Assembly: GCA_964016885.1 (NCBI GenBank)
Contig: OZ024744.1
Location: 74,710,001 to 74,774,000 of the forward strand
Source: Eledone cirrhosa
Taxonomy: Eukaryota
DNA length: 64,000 nt
Reading direction: 5' to 3'
Shown: in pieces, positions 57,441-64,000 of the stretch
Layout: every line of letters begins with the position of its first letter
Position numbering within the stretch: position 1 is the stretch's first letter
Made by a program: the position numbers and the translations under genes
Notes under the pieces: generated by a model
Seen by the model: the letters and a program-made list of their open reading frames with translations, nothing else
Told to the model about the DNA's origin: nothing
The model's database searches: none

Positions 57441-57615
57441 TATATATATTATATATATATAGTATATATATATTATATATATATAGTATATATATATTAT
57501 ATATATATAGTATATATATATTATATATATATATATATAATATAAAGAAAAAGGGATGAAGTCGAAAATGCAAGTGAAGTCTTATTTTTTTTTTAAATAT
57601 ATATATTTATTTGGT

Positions 57616-57656
57616 TCCTTTACCGGTTTCGCAGTTCTTCTGCTTTTCAAAAGATG
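57616..57656 (-). ncRNA. Minimal hammerhead, U3-A8 core (TTGAAAA), inside foldback 57541-57792
   Basis: TCTT-TTGAAAA-GCAGaagaaCTGC-GAAA-CCGG-TA-AAGG. Confidence 0.8.
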
Positions 57657-57919
57657 AGTTGAGATGGAGGGTCTGTGGTTTTTCTCACATGTGAGAAAAA
57701 CCACAGAAGGTAAAGGAACCAAATGAATATATATATTTAAAAAAAAAATAAGACTTCAGTTGCATTTTCGATTTCATCCCTTTTTCTTTATACTTCCACT
57801 CGTGTAGGACACCTCGGATATTTTTCATTTTGTAAAAAAAACCTCACTTTCCAATATATATATAATATATATATATATATTATATATATATATTATATAT
57901 ATATATTATATATAGTAAT

Positions 57920-59838
57920 AATAATAAATTTGAAGACTAAACTCCAAAGAGGGCTCGATAAGGATAAACATTTATCAAATATATAAGAACCGTAGAGCAA
58001 ATATTTATTAAAATATCAGATTAAAGTTTAAGCAAAGAATCGCTGCTTTCGCCCTTAACGGGATCTTCTGAAACTCACAATGTAAATCTGTAAACGCAGA
58101 AGTGGATATTTCAAAAAACGTTGCAACCGGAGGAAGACAGGAAGACGATACTTTGGTTCGTGGAAACGTTCCCTGCAAAGAAAGGGAAAAAAACGAATAT
58201 AATACGTCATTAATAGGAGCGGTGAAAAACAATTACGCGCAAAGACAGAACCACGTTTATGGTATAAAAGAGGTCGTACACTAATGTTCTCTTATGTGGT
58301 TCATAGAGACGTTCTCTGGCAATGAACGAAAAAAACGAAGATAATATGTCATATGTGGACCGTGGAGAACAATTGCACGCAAAGACAAAACCTCGTAAAT
58401 GGTATAGCAGAAGTCGTAGACAAAAATTCTGATTAGGAGACCGAATGAATCTCCGATTCAGAGTAAGGAACAAAGTAAATAAATACAATACAGAGGTAAT
58501 AGAAATTAAATAAATACATACACGCATACAAATACGTACATAAACAAGCATACATGTAAACACTTACCATAGGTACACAAAACCACGCACATATAAATAT
58601 GTGTGTGTGTGTGTATGAGTGTATACAAATAAATAAATAATTAAATAAACGTATATAAATAAATAAATACGTATATAACAAGCGCATATAACACCTACAT
58701 GTAAATACACAAATGTTCGGAGACGTAAGTTAACCAAAACATGAAGTACACATATACACACACCCTACATACGTACGAACCTGCATACTCACACAGATGC
58801 AAAACTCCCGTATACACATAACCGAACCATATGTACCAGAATATATAAAATTATACGCCATAACATATACAATCAAGTATACGTACGAGAAGGTATACGT
58901 ATCTTCACAAAACATAAAGGTAATATATACTTACCTATGCAAATAAGTAATGTTATAAAGAAAACATATACTTAGCTACCACATCAAGACGTAAAATATC
59001 CACGCATAGATCGTACTATCCGTTAGGGTATAACGTGGGGCTGTAATACAGGAAAGTGTTGTGCAATTTATGTTTACAAGCCGAAATTGCCTCAGATTTT
59101 TTGTTTGAGGTGTGGTCTGTGGCGTCGAGTATTTCCAGGGCCTCAGCGGCGCAGAGGTCACATGGTCTTTTATTTCCGTTGTACGATCTAGCCCTAGCTA
59201 GGATCTCCCAGTGTAACTCCAAATATAAGCTGAAAGTGACGTCATATTCCTTCTTAGAGGGTAACGAAAAGAATGGGTATGCATGTAAAGACGCTGCTTG
59301 AATCTATTGGCGGTTAACCCTAGGTAGGCCCTACGGGACGTGGGTGTTTCAACCTTATATTTGTAGACAATGTTACTAGAGAGGCATTTCCCGGATAGGG
59401 GGCAATCAACCCGATACTACAATTACAGTTAGTACTAACTACAGGGTTGCAGGTGTTCCTACGGCTAGGTAGTTTAGCTAAATTTGAAGCTGTGATCTTA
59501 TGTGCAAGGTTAGGAGTCGTAGAGTAAGAAATTTAAATAGTATTTCTATTAAAAATTTTACTATATTTAGGTGTAGGGGGAAAATGCTTCGTAATAAGGG
59601 AAAGAAAGATCTTAGCTAATGGTGTGGCCACCTCCATATTATATGGTGGGTTATACCAACAAATGCGACGGGATCTATTTCTTCTAGGTCTATTTTCGTA
59701 CTCTGTATATGCTACCTTATCGACAAATCCACTCAGAGCAAGAGCTTCATTGTAATAAGTGGAATGGTCGTTGAAAATATGCTCGCTAGTAGATAGACGG
59801 GAACGCCTCAACGAAACGTTTCTTACCAGGTTCTTGGT
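57920..59838 (-). mobile_element. 5'-truncated PLE (thumb and GIY-YIG remnant 59838-59016, 3'UTR, HHR)
   Basis: YYNEAL..WYNPPYN..KHFP..IFNRNTI, WEILARARSY..CDLC..ACKHK. Confidence 0.88.
58024..58076 (-). ncRNA. Hammerhead with CAGAAGA core at a PLE 3' end
   Basis: GAGTTT-CAGAAGA-tCCCgttaaGGGc-GAAA-GCA..TGC-TT-AAACTT. Confidence 0.75.
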
Positions 59839-59859
59839 TATATATATATATATATATAA

Positions 59860-59933
<74 letters not shown>

Positions 59934-59989
59934 TATATATATATATTATATATATTATATATATTATATATATATATATATATTATATA

Positions 59990-60044
<55 letters not shown>

Positions 60045-60065
60045 ATTATATATATATATATATAT

Positions 60066-60097
<32 letters not shown>

Positions 60098-60162
60098 ATA
60101 TGTGTGAAAAAATGGGGAGAAGAATACTGCAGGTTGCACATGGATAACATGTTATAAAATGA

Positions 60163-60263
60163 GTCCCTCATCAGTGATTTGCCGACGATCATAGATATTT
60201 CATTGCATTAAAAATCATATACCTCACGTCGGTGCAATAATAACTAAATAAAGTTATTAGGAC
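60163..60263 (-). ncRNA. Candidate permuted/pseudoknotted hammerhead-like RNA (family A, copy 1)
   Basis: Minus strand: GTCC-TAATAACT/AGTTATTA-TTGCA-CCGACG-tga-GGTAT-A-TGATTT-ttaa-TGCAA-t-GAAATATC-tatgat-CGTCGG-c-AAATCA-CTGATGA-g-GGAC. Confidence 0.65.
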
Positions 60264-60674
60264 AATTAAAACGCGTAAAGCGAGTGAGACAAGTAAGCAA
60301 CAGAGACGAAAGCTAACCGTAGAGAGGAAGGGAACAAGCTACATAGTTATTCTGTTAGCATAAGCTAGGTGAATATATGAGCGCTTAGAAAAAAGACCTT
60401 TCGAGATGAATCCAAACGTAAGAAAGAAGGAAAATGTATTCGTCGCGAACGGGGTGAAGTGAGAAGGGGAGAAACAGTGAGTGAGTGAGTGGAAGTGTGA
60501 GGAAGAGTTAACAGACATGACAGAGGGGGCGAAAGAAAGTAGGATAAACAGAGAGAACGAGGGAGCAGTAAGAGAGAGAGAGAGAAAAACAGAATTACAG
60601 TTTAGGTAAATATGTGTGAAAAAATGGGGAGAAGAATACTGCAGGTTGCACATGGATAACATGTTATAAAATGA

Positions 60675-60773
60675 GTCCCTCATCAGTGATTTGCCGACGA
60701 TCATAGATATTTCATTGCATTAAAAATCATATACCACGTCGGTGCAATAATAACTAAATTAAGTTATTAGGAC
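60675..60773 (-). ncRNA. Permuted HHR-like RNA, family A copy 2 (2-nt deletion in an internal loop)
   Basis: Same motif one 512-bp period away. Confidence 0.6.
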
Positions 60774-60893
60774 AACTAAAACGCGTAAAGCGAGTGAGAC
60801 AAGTAAACAACAAAGAGCAAAGCTAACCGTAGAGAGGAAGGGAACAAGCTACATAGTTATTCTGTTAGCATAAGCTAGGTGAATATATGAGCG

Positions 60894-61077
<184 letters not shown>

Positions 61078-61079
61078 AA

Positions 61080-64000
61080 TTAAAAAAGAAGCCTTTAATA
61101 CATTAAAAATCTTTATTTGCTGACAATGTTTCGTCCCATTAATTAGGACTCATCAGAGCAAGGAAAAGACAAAAAATATCATCGGCTAGAACAAGCCAAA
61201 TTCAGAAGAATAGCGAATGGATATTTAGGAAAATTATCATGGAAAGACATGTTAAACCTAATAGGGTGCATTGGTAAATAAAAACTATAGGGCAAGAGGG
61301 CAAGCAAACATTAAAACATCCACGTTAAAAGTACAATATAAGTCTAATACACGAAATACAACATAGTAATATAATGCGAGAAATAAGATATAAAAATTAT
61401 AATATAATATACAATTCAATGCAATACATAATACAGAAATAAAATTTAATACGTATATATATATACACGCACTCACACACATATATATATATACACACAT
61501 ATACACATTTACACATATTAACACAAATATATAAATATAAGCACTATAATAGAATAATCACCCTGACAGTGTGATTAAACAATATTAAAATAAATGAAAA
61601 AAAATATTGACATTAAAATAATATAAATACTTCCAACGTACCATGCAAAGTCAACAAAACGTGTAGAAAAACATTATGTATTCCACAGGGTAAAAAATAA
61701 TACGATAAAATAAAATAAAGTATGGTAAAAAAAAATATATATATATAATAGACAATAAATATACAGAGATATAGGCAATTCAAATACATATAATATTACA
61801 TATTACTATTACAATACCAGACACATAATTGCAAGGGAGAAAGATTTAACTCATATTTATTTAATATATTCATCGACACAAGTGACAAAAGATAGAAAAG
61901 ACAGACAGAAGCAATAAAGTGTATCATAGCAAAAGAAAACGAAAACAAAAACAAACACAAACACAAAATCGCGTAGGCGCAACAAACTGTTAGGTGACAA
62001 TTAATGATACAACTATTCAAAGTAAAAAAATTGAATAGAAACCCTTATCAATTTTAATTAATTTTATAAAAGTTAAATAAACATTATGGAGCACTCCATA
62101 TGGAACAAAATTTAAGTCACTAATGCCGATAGAAAATAAGATATTCCAATAAATGAGCTAATATATTCATCGAAAATATATTAATTTCCGTTATGACGAC
62201 TGACGTTATCCAAAGTAAAAATTCCAATTAAAACTATGGTGGACAAAAAGGAACAGAAAGAAGTAAAACTATGGAGGACAAGAAGGAACATAAATGTATA
62301 ATATATATATTCAATAAGGCAAAGATTAAGTGTAGAAAGAATGACGTTCATTAGCCGTAGATGTAGAAGACTAAAATTAAACTATTAGTTAGTCAAAGAG
62401 ACAATAAGATACACTCCAACGAAGGATGAATATAAAGGTAGAAGTATATAAGTCGACAAAGGATGAGTATAAAGATAGAGATATAATAATGGACAAGGAA
62501 CTCAATAGGTTAAATCAGCTAAAAAACTAGAAAACTATAAATCAATAAACCGAAGACAACTAATAATAATAATAATGAACTAAAAAAGCCAAAGTGATAA
62601 GGAATCCAAACAGCTAATGAATACGAATACGCCACAGAGAATTGTGTTATACATATAACTAAAAATCAACACACATATACATAGTCACAACAAAAATATA
62701 TATCTATTAAATATACCTACAGATACAAAACCCTATACCCACAGAACCAATCATATGCTAAACTTACACATATCAACCAGCTTAAGAGAATGTGTGTATC
62801 CATTCGCCAATGGTGATGAAGTATTTACGTCCAGCTATAGAAGACCCCATGCTATATAGACACCATAACTCACAGAAAAGAGTAAGTGGTATATTATGAA
62901 GCATAAAGAATATTTAAAAAAAATATATATATATATATATAAAAAAATATCAAGACAAGACGTCCAAACCAGAGTAGCAAAGTGAGATTCCGAAAAATCA
63001 ACTACCTGAGCTTTTAGGTTTATAATAGAAGAAGGAATTAGAGATAGCATGTGGACAGGATGAAAAGATTTCCGATTTTCTATTTAGTAATACGTTTTTA
63101 GAGAAAATTATACAATGGGTTTCTAGAATGCAAAGATTACAGAATTTAGCGTGGGTGGAATAATGGTTAGAATGGGCTACAATGCGCCAATGCAGACTGT
63201 ACGGTATACCAGTCCCTTTTAAATCCCAAATATGATGCGCCAAAGAAGTTGAGTTTTAAATTTATATGTTTAAAGTTAGAGACATGCAAATTAAATCTCG
63301 TTTTAAATGTATTAGATGCGGAGCATATATAAGTTTTACAAGATGAATTAGTCCTAACATCACATGCATAGACAATAGTCTTAGTGAGGCAGTAACCATT
63401 TAAAGGGCAGCTATTACTTCTTCTACAATTACACTTACTGGTATTAGTGATTAGCTCATTTCGCGAAATATTATTCCTAGGGTTATTTGACAACAAGTCC
63501 TGCTCGGGTGATACATTATTAATAGAACTATTAAAATTAGTAGTAAGTAAAGAGCAGTAGCCGTCCCTAATTTTCTTATTATTCGTGCTAGCAAGATGTG
63601 AACTAATGTTAGGGGGAGTAGAAAAGGAGAGTTTGATGACATTCTTATTGAAGATACTATGATATTTATTAGCAGGGGGGAAATTTTTCTCCAAAATAGA
63701 AAAGAAAGACCTAGGGATACTAGTTAGTACATCAAAATTATAAGGTGGGTTGAAGTAGGTATTAAGCCTTCTCCTATTCTTACCTTTACTATTCCTATCA
63801 CGTATCGTATCCATAGGATCAGGGTTTATGTCAGGACCAATTGAATTAACACTAGTAGAAACCGCTATAATATTACCACTGGGTGTACGTTCAGAGCGTC
63901 TATCCTGTCCATTACAACTAAGTTGACAATGTGTACCATTAGACACACTATTATAATTACTATTGCGGTTGGTATTCGAAGGGTGCGGTTTGGATTTATC
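61080..64000 (-). mobile_element. PLE 3' part (thumb and GIY-YIG to about 62998, long 3'UTR, HHR); continues beyond the window
   Basis: YFNPPYN, NFPPANKYHSIFNKNVIKLSFS, CNCRRSNSCPLNGYC..IVY, FKTRFNLH, HIWDLK, CNLC, SSCPH. Confidence 0.92.
61117..61161 (-). ncRNA. Canonical type I hammerhead
   Basis: TTGCT-CTGATGA-GTCCtaattaatgGGAC-GAAA-CATTG-TC-AGCAA, then ATAAA. Confidence 0.92.

Noticed and set aside
60168-60201. Reading the 60.2 kb motif as an ordinary type II hammerhead or a C/D snoRNA
   Set aside because: The type II reading needs a UH after GAAATATC that is not conserved in the 438-538 copy (GA there), and it has no stem II. TGATGA lies at the 3' end with no downstream box D.

Overview
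Gene-free, very AT-rich eukaryotic (metazoan) DNA. It is a mosaic of (TA)n/(CA)n/(TATG)n microsatellites and retroelements; the tRNA-SINEs resemble those I associate with octopod cephalopods (inference). No host protein-coding gene is supportable, and nearly all long ORFs in the track are microsatellite artefacts. The real coding remnants are at least seven Penelope-like elements (PLEs: RT plus C-terminal GIY-YIG endonuclease with a CxC-x5-C-x5-C linker), several RTE-type LINE fragments and a Tc1/mariner end. The PLEs sit in (TA)n, usually with an inverted copy of their 3' end, and some appear nested. Reading both strands by eye gives about 30 hammerhead-ribozyme (HHR) motifs from more than 12 families, in PLE termini and in non-coding tandem units (657, 595, 512 and about 470 bp) resembling retrozymes. 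Many have 50-110 nt expansions of domain II or non-canonical cores (U3-A8; A4). The most striking item is a 101-nt motif in two diverged families (438-538 and 60163-60263/60675-60773, minus strand). It has every hammerhead core element but in an order (UH ... GAAA ... CUGAUGA) that fits none of types I/II/III, with compensatory base changes: a candidate re-wired, multi-pseudoknotted hammerhead. All folds were inferred by eye and none has been tested.
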